64,000 bases of DNA, taken from positions 1,600,001 to 1,664,000 of the forward strand of contig OY760183.1 of NCBI GenBank assembly GCA_963663275.1, in the 5' to 3' direction. This stretch comes from Chloroflexota bacterium. Lineage in GTDB: Bacteria > Chloroflexota > UBA11872 > VXOZ01. Shown here piece after piece: positions 9,901 to 19,614 of the stretch (the stretch's first letter is position 1; each line of letters starts with the position of its first letter). A program made the position numbers and the translations under genes. The notes under the pieces were generated by a model. That model made no database searches. It was not told the DNA's origin and worked only from the letters and a program-made list of their open reading frames with translations.

Positions 9901-9955
9901 TTGACGCTGCGCGGCGTAGCGTGCTACGCTAATTCCTAGAAGGCGGCTAGGGTTT
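9901..9955 (+). promoter_or_regulatory. suf operon promoter with a probable Rrf2 operator
   Basis: TTGACG, 18 bp, TGcTACGCT, directly followed by the inverted repeat AATTCCTAG-N7-CTAGGGTTT. Confidence 0.55.
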
Positions 9956-9985
9956 CGTGTGGAGTGAGCCGGTGGAGATAGGGCG

Positions 9986-10471
9986 ATGTTGGGGATTTCC
10001 ACCAAGGGACATTACGGTCTGGTGATAATGACGGCGTTGGCCGGGGCGGCGGATGAGAAACCGCTTTCCCTGGCGCGCATCGCCGAGGAAACCGGCATCT
10101 CTCTCGGCTATCTGGAGCAGATCGTCTCGACGCTCAAAGAAGCCGGCTTGGTCGAGAGCACGCGCGGCGCGAAGGGCGGCTACGTGCTCGGCAGAGCGCC
10201 GGCCGAGATTACGGCGCTGCAAGTCATTCTGGCAACGGAGCGCGAAATCGCGCCGATTTCCTGCTCGTTGCAACCTGAAGAAGGTGTATGCTGTGAGCGG
10301 GTTGACTATTGCCCCACGGTCTTCCTCTGGGGACGGCTGGAACAGCAACTCAGCCTGGCGCTGGGAGACACCACGCTCGCGGACCTGGCGCGGCACAGCC
10401 GCCGCAGCAAGCCGGCTGCGCGCGGGCCTCTGTCCGCGGTGACGCAGTTTGGCGCGGGCGCGCTGGACTAA
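9986..10471 (+). CDS. Rrf2 family transcriptional regulator (IscR/CymR-like)
   Basis: ISTKGHYG, YLEQI, STRGAKGGY motifs; Cys cluster C-x8-CC-x5-C. Confidence 0.93.
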   Translation: MLGISTKGHYGLVIMTALAGAADEKPLSLARIAEETGISLGYLEQIVSTLKEAGLVESTRGAKGGYVLGRAPAEITALQVILATEREIAPISCSLQPEEGVCCERVDYCPTVFLWGRLEQQLSLALGDTTLADLARHSRRSKPAARGPLSAVTQFGAGALD

Positions 10472-10525
10472 GCTCGTTGCCCGCGCGGCGGGATTGGAGC
10501 CGCGGCGGTCGGAAAGACGCAAGCG

Positions 10526-10990
10526 ATGCCAGTGTTCGATACGCACAAAGCGGTAAAGGCGCTCACCGGCGCGGGCTTTCCGGCCCACCAGGCGGAAGCC
10601 TTGGTCGAGGTAGTGGGCGAGGAACATGAGGCCCTGGCAACGAAGGCTGATCTGCAGTCGCAGGAACGTGTGCTCAGGGGCGACATTCGGTCGCTGGAAC
10701 AGAAGGTCGAGTCCGGTCTGCAGTCGCTGGAACAGAAGATCGAGTCGGATAGGCAGTCGCTGGAACAGAAGATCGAGTCGGATAGGCAGTCGCTGGAACA
10801 GAAGATCGAGTCGGAAGTACAGTCACTTGAACAGAAGACTGACGCGAGGATTGATTTGCTGGAGCAGAAATTCAATTCCGATATGCGCGCGAGCGAATTG
10901 CGCATGCGGCTCGTTCTTGGCGCATATCTCTTTGCTGCGACCACTTTGATGATAGCGGTGATGTTGGCGCTGGAATTGCTGCCCCGGTAG
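10526..10990 (+). CDS. DUF1640/CCDC90-like coiled-coil protein with C-terminal TM anchor
   Basis: FDTHKAVKALTGAGF..QAEALV, LATKADL, 11-aa repeats, hydrophobic C-terminus. Confidence 0.8.
   Translation: MPVFDTHKAVKALTGAGFPAHQAEALVEVVGEEHEALATKADLQSQERVLRGDIRSLEQKVESGLQSLEQKIESDRQSLEQKIESDRQSLEQKIESEVQSLEQKTDARIDLLEQKFNSDMRASELRMRLVLGAYLFAATTLMIAVMLALELLPR
10688..10838 (+). repeat. Intragenic tandem repeat of about 4.6 x 33 bp (QSLEQKIESDR)
   Basis: Units start at 10688, 10721, 10754, 10787 and 10820. Confidence 0.92.
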
Positions 10991-11042
10991 CGTGTCCGCC
11001 GGAACCGAAGAAGCAGAGAACAAGGGAAGAAAACACAGCACG

Positions 11043-11810
11043 ATGGCTAGCGAGCAACCGTTTTTTCGTATAGACGATCTCCACGTGGAGATTGAAGAGA
11101 ACGAGATTCTGCGCGGGGTGGATCTCTCCGTTGAGCGCGGCGAGATTCACGCGATCATGGGGCCGAACGGCTCCGGCAAGAGCACTCTGGCCCACACGTT
11201 GATGGGGCATCCGAGTTACGAGGCCACCGCCGGCCAGGTGCTCTTCAACGGCGAGGACATTCTGGAGAAAGACCCGAACGACCGCGCCAAACTCGGCCTC
11301 TTCCTCGCCTTCCAGTATCCGCTGGCGATTCCCGGCGTGAGCACCTTGAACTTCCTGCGCACCTCCCTGAAGGCGGTGAAGCAGAAGGAAATCAGCGCGC
11401 GGGAGTTCCGGCGGCATCTGCTGGAAAAGATGGACCTGCTCAAGATCAGCCGCGAGTTCGCCGGGCGCTATCTCAACGACGGCTTCTCCGGCGGCGAAAA
11501 GAAGCGCATGGAGATCTTGCAGATGGCGGTGCTGGAGCCGGAAATTGCCATCCTGGACGAAATCGACTCCGGCCTGGACATCGACGCCATTCGCGCGGTG
11601 GGCGAGGGCATTTCGTCGCTCATGCACGCCGGAATGTCCATCGTAATCATCACGCATTATCCGCGCATTCTCCACTTTGTAAAGCCGGACTACGTGCACA
11701 TCATGGTGGACGGCAAGATCCGGCAATTGGGCGGTTTCGAACTGGCGGAGGAGTTGGAGGCCAAAGGCTACGACGTGCTGCTCAAAGAGGTGATGCAGAC
11801 CTCGTCGTAG
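11043..11810 (+). CDS. sufC: Fe-S cluster assembly ATPase SufC
   Basis: [41 protein letters not shown]. Confidence 0.97.
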   Translation: MASEQPFFRIDDLHVEIEENEILRGVDLSVERGEIHAIMGPNGSGKSTLAHTLMGHPSYEATAGQVLFNGEDILEKDPNDRAKLGLFLAFQYPLAIPGVSTLNFLRTSLKAVKQKEISAREFRRHLLEKMDLLKISREFAGRYLNDGFSGGEKKRMEILQMAVLEPEIAILDEIDSGLDIDAIRAVGEGISSLMHAGMSIVIITHYPRILHFVKPDYVHIMVDGKIRQLGGFELAEELEAKGYDVLLKEVMQTSS

Positions 11811-11871
11811 ACGCAGACCTAGTCATAGACGCAGACTACGTCACGAACGCGAACCTCGTCGCGGACGCAGG
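11792..11871. repeat. Degenerate tandem repeat of about 4.5 x 18 bp spanning the sufC stop codon
   Basis: gacgcagacctcgtc-like units at 11792, 11810, 11828, 11846 and 11864. Confidence 0.75.
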
Positions 11872-11895
11872 AAGCCTAGGGAGGCAGGCGCAGAC

Positions 11896-13311
11896 ATGGC
11901 GGTAACCGAGAAAGACATACAAGAGAGCAAGAAGGTCTACAAGGAGAAGTACGGCTTTGCGGACCCGGAGCAGGCGCTTTACAAAGCGCCGAAGGGCCTG
12001 GATCCGGAGCGCGTGATCGAGATTTCCCGCATGAAGAACGAGCCGGAGTGGATGCTCGAGTTCCGGCTCAAGTCGCTGGAGATCTTCAACAAGAAGCCGG
12101 TGCCGAAGTGGGGCGCTAACCTCTCCAAGATTCCGTTCGAAGACCTCTCCTATTTCGTGCGCACCACGGAGAAGCAGGGCCAGACCTGGGAAGACGTGCC
12201 GGAGTACATCAAGGAAACCTTCGATAAACTCGGCATCCCGGAGGCGGAACGCAAGTTCCTGGCCGGCGTTTCCGCGCAGTACGAATCGGAAGTCGTCTAT
12301 CACTCCATCCAAAAAGACCTGGAAGCGAAAGGCGTGGTCTTCCTCAGCACTGAGGAAGGGCTGGAGCAGCATCCGGAGCTTTTCCGGCAGTACTTTGGCA
12401 CGGTCATTCCGTCGGCGGACAATAAGTTCGCCGCCATGAACGGCGCGTTCTGGAGCGGCGGCTCGTTCGTCTACGTGCCGCCGGGTGTGCAGGTGACTAT
12501 CCCGCTTCAGGCCTACTTCCGCATCAACGCCGAGCAGATGGGGCAGTTCGAGCGCACGCTCATCATCGTGGACGAGGGCGCGTACGTGCACTACGTGGAA
12601 GGCTGCACCGCGCCGGTCTATTCGACCGACTCGTTCCACAGCGGCGTCATCGAGATCATCGTGCAGAAGAACGCCCGCTGCCGCTACACGACCATCCAGA
12701 ACTGGTCGACGAACGTGTACAACCTGGTGACCCAGCGGTCGGCGGTCTACGAAGGCGGAGTGATGGAGTGGGTGGACGCCAACCTGGGCTCCAACATCAC
12801 GATGAAGTATCCCAGCGTCTACCTGATGGAACCGGGCGCGAAAGGCGACATTCTTTCGATTGCCTACGCGGGCGACGGCCAGGTGCTGGACGCCGGCGGC
12901 AAGGCGATTCACGTCGCGCCGAACACATCGTCCAAGATCATCTCCAAGTCCATCAGCCAGCACGGCGGGCGTACTTCGTTCCGGGGCTTGTTGAAGATCT
13001 ACAAGGGCGCGGAGCAGGCCAAGTCGGCCATGCGCTGCGACGCCCTCATTCTGGACCAGGCTTCGCGTTCCGACACTTATCCGACGATCGAAATCGAGGA
13101 GGAGCAGGTCAACCTCGGCCACGAGGCGGTGGTGAGCCGGATTGGCGAAGACCAACTCTTCTACCTCATGAGCCGCGGCCTGAGCGAGTCCGAGGCGGCG
13201 GGCATGATCGTCAGCGGCTTCATCGAGCCGATTGTGAAAGAACTGCCGATGGAGTACGCGGTGGAAATGAACCGCCTGATCCAACTGCAAATGGACAAGG
13301 CAGTGGGCTAA
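11896..13311 (+). CDS. sufB: Fe-S cluster assembly protein SufB
   Basis: [35 protein letters not shown]. Confidence 0.98.
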   Translation: MAVTEKDIQESKKVYKEKYGFADPEQALYKAPKGLDPERVIEISRMKNEPEWMLEFRLKSLEIFNKKPVPKWGANLSKIPFEDLSYFVRTTEKQGQTWEDVPEYIKETFDKLGIPEAERKFLAGVSAQYESEVVYHSIQKDLEAKGVVFLSTEEGLEQHPELFRQYFGTVIPSADNKFAAMNGAFWSGGSFVYVPPGVQVTIPLQAYFRINAEQMGQFERTLIIVDEGAYVHYVEGCTAPVYSTDSFHSGVIEIIVQKNARCRYTTIQNWSTNVYNLVTQRSAVYEGGVMEWVDANLGSNITMKYPSVYLMEPGAKGDILSIAYAGDGQVLDAGGKAIHVAPNTSSKIISKSISQHGGRTSFRGLLKIYKGAEQAKSAMRCDALILDQASRSDTYPTIEIEEEQVNLGHEAVVSRIGEDQLFYLMSRGLSESEAAGMIVSGFIEPIVKELPMEYAVEMNRLIQLQMDKAVG

Positions 13312-13480
13312 GCGCGGAGTATCGTGCGTATGCGCGGTGGGCGGGGCGTAGAGCGCCAGGCACAGCAGCACGGCCAGCCGTGCGCTTGTCTGGCGCGATT
13401 GCTGTACGCCGGACTGTGCGGACGCGAGGCGGGTTTCGCGGGTAGGCAACCAGGCAAGGGTAGAATCAGGAAAGGGAAGC

Positions 13481-14845
13481 GTGAGTCAATCGTCAGTTGA
13501 ACAAGAGCCGCTAACGGCAGTGCAAGGCATTACGACGGCAGCATGGCAAGAGGTCTCTCGCGCCAATGGAGAGCCGGACTGGGCGCGCGACCTGCGCCGC
13601 AAGGCATGGGAGGCGTATGTGGATACGCCGCTGCCCACCATGAAAGATGAAGATTGGCGGCGCACCGACTTTCGCGAGTTGAAGCTGGAGGAACTCCTGC
13701 TCTCCCCGCCCGCCGGTCTCGACGCGCCGGGCGGGTCCGCGCTGCCGGAGGTGTGCCGCGCCCACGTGGATACCGGCGACACCTGGGGCGGTTTGGCCGT
13801 GCAGGTGAATTCCGAAGTCGTGTACGTGGAGTTGGACGAAACGTTGCGGGAGCAGGGCGTCATCCTGGCGCCGCTGGCCGAGGCGATGCGCGCGTATCCG
13901 GAGCTTGTGCGGCCGCACCTGGGGCAGGTCGTGACCCCCGACGACGGCAAGTTTCCGGCGCTGCACGGCGCGTTCTTCTCAGGCGGCGTCTTCTGCTACG
14001 TGCCGCCGGATACCCAGGTGGAGTTGCCGCTCCAGGCGTGCGTGTGGATGGATGCCGAGCGCGCCGCCGTCTTTCCCCATGTGCTGCTGGTGGCGGACGT
14101 TGGCAGCCAGGTCACGTTCGTCGAGCGGTACGCCGGCCCGGACCTGGAAGGGCAGTCGTTCTCGTGCCCGGCCACGGAGGTGGTGGCAAAGGACGGCGCG
14201 CGGGTGCGCCACGTCACAATTCAGGACTGGGGACGGCACGTCATCGAGCTGGGGTTTCAGCGGTTCAGCGTGGCCAACGACGGCAATCTCCACACCATTC
14301 TCGCCGCCGTCGGCGGCCGGCTGGTCAAGAACTACGTGGACAACAGTTTCGCGGGGTCGGGGGTAGAGTCCTTTCATCGCGGCTTCTTCTTCACCGACGG
14401 CACCCAGCACATGGACTATAAGACCATGCAGGATCACCTGGCGCCCTACAGCACCAGCGACCTCCTGATCAAGGGCGCGCTGCGGGACCGCTCGCGGGCC
14501 GTCTTTACCGGTATCATCAACGTGCGCAAGGGATCGAAACGCACCGACGCCTACCAGGAGAACCGCAACCTGCTCTTGAGCAAGCGCGCGCGTTCCGATT
14601 CTATTCCCATCCTGGAAATCGACAACGACGACGTGCGCTGCACCCACGGTTCGGCCACCGGCCAGGTGGACCAGGAGGAACTCTTCTACGTGATGGCGCA
14701 CGGCCTGAACAAACGCGACGCGGCGCGGATGCTGGTGGAAGGCTTCTTCAGTGAAGTGATCCAGCACACGCCGGTCGACGGCGTGCGGGCGCAGCTTGCG
14801 GAGATGGTGCAGCGGAAGATGACCGGCTGGCAGGTGGAGGATTGA
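13481..14845 (+). CDS. sufD: Fe-S cluster assembly protein SufD
   Basis: EDWRRTD, QENRNLLLS, PILEIDNDDVRCTHG; operon context. Confidence 0.95.
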   Translation: MSQSSVEQEPLTAVQGITTAAWQEVSRANGEPDWARDLRRKAWEAYVDTPLPTMKDEDWRRTDFRELKLEELLLSPPAGLDAPGGSALPEVCRAHVDTGDTWGGLAVQVNSEVVYVELDETLREQGVILAPLAEAMRAYPELVRPHLGQVVTPDDGKFPALHGAFFSGGVFCYVPPDTQVELPLQACVWMDAERAAVFPHVLLVADVGSQVTFVERYAGPDLEGQSFSCPATEVVAKDGARVRHVTIQDWGRHVIELGFQRFSVANDGNLHTILAAVGGRLVKNYVDNSFAGSGVESFHRGFFFTDGTQHMDYKTMQDHLAPYSTSDLLIKGALRDRSRAVFTGIINVRKGSKRTDAYQENRNLLLSKRARSDSIPILEIDNDDVRCTHGSATGQVDQEELFYVMAHGLNKRDAARMLVEGFFSEVIQHTPVDGVRAQLAEMVQRKMTGWQVED

Positions 14846-14848
14846 CCC

Positions 14849-15160
14849 ATGGCAAACTTCGTGAGGGTGGCGTCCGTAGACGAAATCCCGGAGGGCCGGG
14901 CGATTGTCGTGGACATAGACTACGATAGCTTGGCCCTGGCGCGGGTGGACGGCGAGGTGTATTGCATCGACAACATCTGCACCCATGACGGGGGGCCGTT
15001 GGGTGAGGGCGAACTGGACGGCACGGCGCTGGAGTGCCCCCGGCACGGCGCCCGCTTCGACGTCTGCACCGGACGGGCGATTACCTTTCCGGCGGTGGTG
15101 CCGGTGAATACGTATGACGTGCGCATCGATGGCACGGACGTGCTGGTGGACATGGGATGA
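14849..15160 (+). CDS. Rieske-type ferredoxin
   Basis: CTH...CPRHG Rieske ligands. Confidence 0.95.
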   Translation: MANFVRVASVDEIPEGRAIVVDIDYDSLALARVDGEVYCIDNICTHDGGPLGEGELDGTALECPRHGARFDVCTGRAITFPAVVPVNTYDVRIDGTDVLVDMG

Positions 15161-15224
15161 CCGTTTTCACGGACGAACGCCGCGCATGCGGCGAGAGCGG
15201 CGCCGCTAGATTGGACTGCGCGCG

Positions 15225-16481
15225 ATGGTGAACAATGGCTTTGACGTGAATGCCGTGCGGCAGGATTTTCCCATCTTGGGCATCCAGGTGCACGGCAAGC
15301 CGCTGGTCTACTTGGACAACGCCGCGACCTCGCAGAAGCCGCAAGCCGTCATCGACAGCCTGGTGGACTACTATTCGCGGTACAACGCCAACGTGCACCG
15401 GGGCATCTACACGCTCAGCGAGCAAGCGACCGCGGCTTACGAAGAAGCGCGAGCCAAGGTGGCGCGCTTCATCAACGCGCCCTCGCCGGAGTGCATCGTC
15501 TTCGTGCGCAATACCACCGAGGCTATAAACCTGGTGCGCTATGCCTGGGGGCCCGACAACGTGCGCGGCGGCGATGAAATCCTGGTCTCCGAAATGGAGC
15601 ACCACTCCAATCTGGTGCCGTGGCAACTGCTGGCGCGGGAGCAAGGCGCGGAACTCCGCTTTCTGCGCGTCAACAATGAAGGCCGTCTCATGCTGGATGG
15701 CATAGACGCGCTCATCACGGAAAAGACGCGGCTGATCGCGGTGACCCACGTCTCCAACGTGCTCGGCACGATCAACCCGGTTAAGGGCATCGCCAAGCGA
15801 GCGCACAAGTATGGCGCGTTGCTCCTGGTGGACGCCGCGCAGAGCGTGCCCCACATGCCGGTGGACGTGCAGGACCTGGACTGCGACTTTCTGGCGTTTT
15901 CCGGCCACAAGATGATGGGGCCGACCGGCGTGGGCGTGCTCTACGCCAAGCCTCACTTGCTCAAGTCGATCGGCCCCTTCCTAGGCGGCGGCAGCATGAT
16001 TCGCAAGGTGATGCTGAGCGAATCCACCTGGGCGGAGGCGCCGCAGAAGTTCGAAGCGGGCACGCCCAACATCGCGGACGTGATCGCCCTCGGCGCGGCC
16101 GTGGACTACCTCAGCGAACTCGGCATGGAGCAGGTGCGCGAGCACGAGCGGCAGATTACCCAGTACGCGCTGGACCGGCTGCGCGAGGTCTCCGGCATCA
16201 AGCTCTTCGGCCCATGGGAACTGGACACACGGGGCGGGGTGGCGTCCTTCGACGTGGACGGCGTGCATCCCCACGACGTTGCGCAAATCCTGGATAGCGA
16301 AGCGGTGGCCGTGCGCGCCGGGCACCACTGCTGCCAGCCGCTGATGCGGCGGTTCAACGTGCCCGCCACGGCGCGCGCGAGTTTCTACGCCTACAATACG
16401 GAGGCGGAGGTGGACGCGCTGATACTGGGCATCAACAAGGCGCAGAGGGTATTCGGCCATGCAGTTGAACGATCTCTATAA
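15225..16481 (+). CDS. sufS: Cysteine desulfurase SufS
   Basis: YLDNAATSQKP, FSGHKM PLP lysine, RAGHHC catalytic Cys. Confidence 0.97.
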   Translation: MVNNGFDVNAVRQDFPILGIQVHGKPLVYLDNAATSQKPQAVIDSLVDYYSRYNANVHRGIYTLSEQATAAYEEARAKVARFINAPSPECIVFVRNTTEAINLVRYAWGPDNVRGGDEILVSEMEHHSNLVPWQLLAREQGAELRFLRVNNEGRLMLDGIDALITEKTRLIAVTHVSNVLGTINPVKGIAKRAHKYGALLLVDAAQSVPHMPVDVQDLDCDFLAFSGHKMMGPTGVGVLYAKPHLLKSIGPFLGGGSMIRKVMLSESTWAEAPQKFEAGTPNIADVIALGAAVDYLSELGMEQVREHERQITQYALDRLREVSGIKLFGPWELDTRGGVASFDVDGVHPHDVAQILDSEAVAVRAGHHCCQPLMRRFNVPATARASFYAYNTEAEVDALILGINKAQRVFGHAVERSL

Positions 16482-16914
16482 GGAAATAATCCTCGACCAC
16501 TACGAGAGTCCCCACAACCGGGGACGGCCGCCGCACGCGGACATCGAGGCCGAGGGCAGCAATCCGCTCTGCGGCGATGACGTGGAAATCTACGTGCTGA
16601 TGGATGGCGACCGCCTGAAAGAGGTGCGCTTCGACGGCGCCGGCTGCGCAATCAGCCTGGCGGCGGCGTCGATGATGAGCGAGGCGCTGGAGGGCAAGTC
16701 CAAAGAAGAGGCGCGCGAGATCGGCGAACGCTTCAAGGCCATGATGCACGGCGCCGACGTGGAGTTGCCGGAAGAGATGGAAGACCTGGAAGCCCTGAAG
16801 GGCGTGGCTAACTTCCCGCTGCGCGTGAAGTGCGCCCTGCTGGCGTGGACAACCCTGGAACACGGCCTGGCCAATGAGGATGCGGGACGCAAGGTCTCCA
16901 TCGAGATGGACTAG
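16459..16914 (+). CDS. sufU: SufU (NifU-like) sulfur-transfer protein
   Basis: LYKEIILDHY, NPLCGD, GCAIS, RVKCALL. Confidence 0.95.
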   Translation: MQLNDLYKEIILDHYESPHNRGRPPHADIEAEGSNPLCGDDVEIYVLMDGDRLKEVRFDGAGCAISLAAASMMSEALEGKSKEEAREIGERFKAMMHGADVELPEEMEDLEALKGVANFPLRVKCALLAWTTLEHGLANEDAGRKVSIEMD

Positions 16915-17049
16915 CGCGGTACTTGGTAACCCTGGTAGTGGACGCAGCGCCGTTCTTAGCTTAGCGCCGCCTGCGGACTGGCTCCGTATCCAATGTCGGA
17001 AGCGGCCACCTTGCGAAAGCAAGAAGACCCCCGCTCGCTTCAAAGCAGC

Positions 17050-17195
17050 AAAAGTCCCTCTCACTCGAGAGCCAGAAAACTCCCTCGCACTTTAGAGCCA
17101 GAAAACCCCCTCTCACATGGGAGCCAGTAAACTTCCGCTCCCTTGAGAGCCAGATTACTCCCTCTCCCTTGAGGGAGAGGGCCGGGGTGAGGGTG
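17050..17195. repeat. Degenerate tandem array of about 4.5 x 26 bp running into a family-A palindrome (17158-17195)
   Basis: GAGCCAG at 17069, 17095, 17121 and 17147. Confidence 0.85.
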
Positions 17196-17217
17196 AAGTT
17201 CTCCGGGCCCGAGGGGT

Positions 17218-17370
17218 CTACTTATTCGAGGTATGGCGTAGTATCCCTCTGACCGCAACCATGATGGCGAGACTGGTCAGAATGGCGATCATGGGCGCGA
17301 CGACGAAGGGAAGCCCGGAAAAGAACCCCCAGACGACAAACCCGATGATGCGCAGCACGATGTCCATCAT
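17218..17370 (-). CDS. Small (50 aa) hydrophobic membrane protein, absent from the ORF track
   Basis: GGAGGA RBS then ATG; MMDIVLRIIGFVVWGFFSGLPFVVAPMIAILTSLAIMVAVRGILRHTSNK*. Confidence 0.6.
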   Translation of the reverse strand: MMDIVLRIIGFVVWGFFSGLPFVVAPMIAILTSLAIMVAVRGILRHTSNK

Positions 17371-17487
17371 CCGCTCGATCCTCCGCAGGTAGTAGTGTGA
17401 TTAGAGTCAGGTGAAAGTAGCTTCATAGTACACTACCCGCGCGCGCAACGCACCCGCGGCGGGCAAGAATTTCGGCATTACAGGAGC

Positions 17488-18309
17488 ATGCACACCATGG
17501 CGGCGAAAATTGGCTGTCAGGCGCGGTTGTGGCTGCGGGAGACGCAGGACCTGGGCGTCGTTTTGCCGAGAATTGGCAACGACCTGGCGGCGGCGGGATA
17601 CGAGGGCTTGGAGATTGGCTACGCCTACGTCAACGACCCGGACGATGTTACCGCTTACCGGCGGGCGGTGGACGGCAACGGTCTCAGGACGGCCGGCATC
17701 CACGTGGGCGGCGCGTGGCACGACCCGCATGTTGTCAAAGAGAAGGCCATGCCCCAGGCGCGGGCCGCCGCGGATTTCGCCGGCGCGGTGGGCGCGGAAT
17801 ACCTGGTGATCAGCACGGGACGGAAGCAGGACGGCCCGCTGACGCAAGCAGAGATTGGCCTGCAAGTGGCGCACCTCACCGAGTTGTGCGCGTACACGGC
17901 GGCCCAGGGGGTGACGCCGTTGCTGCACAACCATCAGCACGAGTTCGCCCATGGCGCGGCGGTCTTCAACGGGATCATGGCCGGCATCGACGCCGCGGCC
18001 CTTGGCCTCTGCCTGGACGTCAACTGGGCAATGTGGGCCGGCGCGGACGGTCCGGCGGTGATGGCAGAGCACTTTGACCGGCTGCGCATGGTGCACATAC
18101 GCGATACCGTCGCCAACAAGGCCTGCGTGGAGGCGCTGGGCGAAGGCGACGCGCCCCTGGACGAGATCTTCTCCCCACTCCGCGCCAGGGAGTACCCGCA
18201 CTGGGTCCTCTACGAGTGGTCGGCATGCGACCCGACCACGAACCGCCCGACGGCTGAAATTGCCCGGTTGAACTTGGAGTATCTCCGTAGAGCGCAGGGA
18301 CAATCGTAG
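17488..18309 (+). CDS. Sugar phosphate isomerase/epimerase (xylose-isomerase-like TIM barrel)
   Basis: GYEGLE, LHNHQHEF, LCLDVNW, VHIRD, LGEG motifs. Confidence 0.85.
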   Translation: MHTMAAKIGCQARLWLRETQDLGVVLPRIGNDLAAAGYEGLEIGYAYVNDPDDVTAYRRAVDGNGLRTAGIHVGGAWHDPHVVKEKAMPQARAAADFAGAVGAEYLVISTGRKQDGPLTQAEIGLQVAHLTELCAYTAAQGVTPLLHNHQHEFAHGAAVFNGIMAGIDAAALGLCLDVNWAMWAGADGPAVMAEHFDRLRMVHIRDTVANKACVEALGEGDAPLDEIFSPLRAREYPHWVLYEWSACDPTTNRPTAEIARLNLEYLRRAQGQS

Positions 18310-18347
18310 AGTGCTGGGCCAAGAGCCAACACCGTCGGCGTGTTCCG

Positions 18348-18444
18348 CGGAGGCGCATGGGAGTCGAACCCACCCAGGACGGGAGTAGCCCGCCCCGCAG
18401 ACGGTTTTGAAGACCGCGAGGCCCACCGGGACCCGAGCGCCTCC
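18348..18444 (-). tRNA. selC: tRNA-Sec (anticodon UCA)
   Basis: 8-bp acceptor stem GGAGGCGC/GCGCCTCC, 6-bp D stem with 4-nt loop, anticodon loop CTTCAAA, long variable arm, T loop TTCGACT; CCA not encoded. Confidence 0.95.
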
Positions 18445-18451
18445 ACGTTCC

Positions 18452-18480
18452 AGTCTAGCAGTCTCCGTCCCCGCGTGAAA
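18452..18480 (-). promoter_or_regulatory. Probable selC promoter
   Basis: Minus strand TTTCACG ... TGcTAGACT ending 7 nt before the tRNA 5' end. Confidence 0.5.
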
Positions 18481-18722
18481 TACGCTCGACTCCCCCCACT
18501 CCGCCCACGCGGCGCCGGACGCTCCCGCGGGTCACTTGACAGGCGCTTGCCGGGTTCGGTATCTAAGGTGGGAAACGCCAGGTCGCGTTCGTCTGTGGCA
18601 ACGGCGTCTTACGCGGTGAGGCAATGCGCGCTCGCCGATCCAGACGAATGGCGGGAGAGTGGGCGGCGAGCACGGCATGGAAGAAAACCGGTACGAATGC
18701 TTGATCGATAGCGGTGTCATCG

Positions 18723-19553
18723 ATGTTAGTCGGATTCAATCCTCGTTTGCAGCCGTTTCGGCGTATGAGTGTGGCCGAGCAGTTGCAGGAGACGGTGCAT
18801 ACGGCGGAGCGGCTTGAGTTTGCGGTGGTCGAGTTGAGCGTGGACGAGGTGGTCTATCGCAGGGGGTTGTGGGACACGTACACGCAGGACGCGCTGGACG
18901 TCATCACGCGCGCGCCGCTGCAATTCCAGGTGAATCTCTTCCCGGACGAGGGTTTCGAGGAAACGCCGAGCGACGTCAACGCCTTTCCGCGCTCGATCTA
19001 CCTGCGGCGGCTGGTGCAGACCATCGAGTTCTTCGAGGCGTACGCGCCGATGTCGCTCTACGTGGCGCACGCGGGACGGCGCACGCGGCACGTGGACGAC
19101 CACCTGAAGGCGCTGGACGAGGCGTTTCAGGCGCTGCAAACGCTCTATCCCGGCGTGCCGCTGGCGATCGAGAACGGCGGGCGCGAGTTCGTGCTGCACT
19201 TTCCCGACGACTTCCTGACGTTCCTTGATGCGTTCCCGTCGCTGCGCTTTGTGCTGCACACCGGCCGGGCGTTTCAGTCGGTGATGTGGGATAACGAGCA
19301 GTTGGCGCGCTACGTGCGCAAGGCGGCGCGCTTCGTGGACCGGCTGGCGGCCATTCGCTGGACGAACGCCAATCCGATCACGGACCCGGACCGCCCGCTG
19401 CAACTGGAACTCGACCGCGCGCCGGACCTTGGGCTGATCATGCGCGGGTTGGGACGCAATCCGGCGCTGGTGCACCTGCTGGATACGGTTGGCGGCCGGC
19501 CGGCGGCGCTGGCCCGCGAACGCCGGGCGCTCCACGCGCAGGTGGAACGGTAA
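18723..19553 (+). CDS. Hypothetical protein, divergent xylose-isomerase-like TIM barrel
   Basis: Long GC3-biased ORF; VVELS, YVAHAG, LAIENG, FVLHTGRA strands echo the AP_endonuc_2 fold; start could be 18714. Confidence 0.65.
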   Translation: MLVGFNPRLQPFRRMSVAEQLQETVHTAERLEFAVVELSVDEVVYRRGLWDTYTQDALDVITRAPLQFQVNLFPDEGFEETPSDVNAFPRSIYLRRLVQTIEFFEAYAPMSLYVAHAGRRTRHVDDHLKALDEAFQALQTLYPGVPLAIENGGREFVLHFPDDFLTFLDAFPSLRFVLHTGRAFQSVMWDNEQLARYVRKAARFVDRLAAIRWTNANPITDPDRPLQLELDRAPDLGLIMRGLGRNPALVHLLDTVGGRPAALARERRALHAQVER

Positions 19554-19614
19554 TCCAGTTTGACTATAGCGCTGAATTGCGCGCGCACCCCCTGGGGAGA
19601 CCTTTGCAAAACTC

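Noticed and set aside
16995-17045. Hairpin cttgc-gaaa-gcaag within a possible larger stem after sufU, as an ncRNA or riboswitch
   Set aside because: Too short, and matches no family I can recognise
16914-18348. Genomic island integrated at the 3' end of selC
   Set aside because: No integrase and no duplicated tRNA 3' fragment seen
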